From contig NC_058368.1 in NCBI RefSeq assembly GCF_018350175.1, positions 107,572,001 through 107,636,000 of the forward strand: a stretch of 64,000 bases of DNA, read 5' to 3'. How positions within the stretch are numbered: position 1 is the first letter of the stretch; each line of letters opens with the position of its first letter. The DNA is from Felis catus (lineage: Eukaryota). Made by a program: the position numbers and the translations under genes. Under the pieces are notes generated by a model. That model was not told the origin of the DNA. It made no database searches and saw nothing but the letters and a program-made list of their open reading frames with translations. This document shows, one piece after another, positions 63,828-64,000 of this stretch.

Positions 63828-64000
63828 TATTTACAGTTTTGATAGTAACAAAGACTATAAGCAATTTACACTCCAAACAAAATATATAAGTAGCTATTTA
63901 TTCACATTTTCACCAACAGTATATTTAAGGAAATTTTTAAATCTTTGTCAGATAGGTTCAAAAGGTATCTTACTGTTATTTTAACTGCATGTTTTCAGTT

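Overview
Repeat-rich, AT-rich mammalian genomic DNA. More than 30 tRNA-derived CanSINEs, several of the young felid type, point to a cat-family genome. I see no intact protein-coding gene; the six-frame ORFs I checked fall mostly in SINE, L1 or microsatellite sequence. Most of the window is CanSINEs, L1/L2/MIR remnants, LTRs (LTR16-like, MLT1-like, a solo ERV LTR inside a SINE) and DNA transposon fossils (MER20, MER5A, MER82, MER96-like). The main discovery is a four-exon, phase-consistent minus-strand gene remnant at 45806-42894 that the ORF track misses. Spliced, it reads as 141 codons with a signal-peptide-like N-terminus, six Cys and two N-glycosylation sequons, interrupted by three in-frame stops. 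Its pattern suggests a short-chain four-helix cytokine/growth factor, but I cannot assign it to a known gene. Its third intron holds a U7 snRNA retrocopy with TSDs. Family names for old repeats come from recalled consensus similarity, and their boundaries are approximate.
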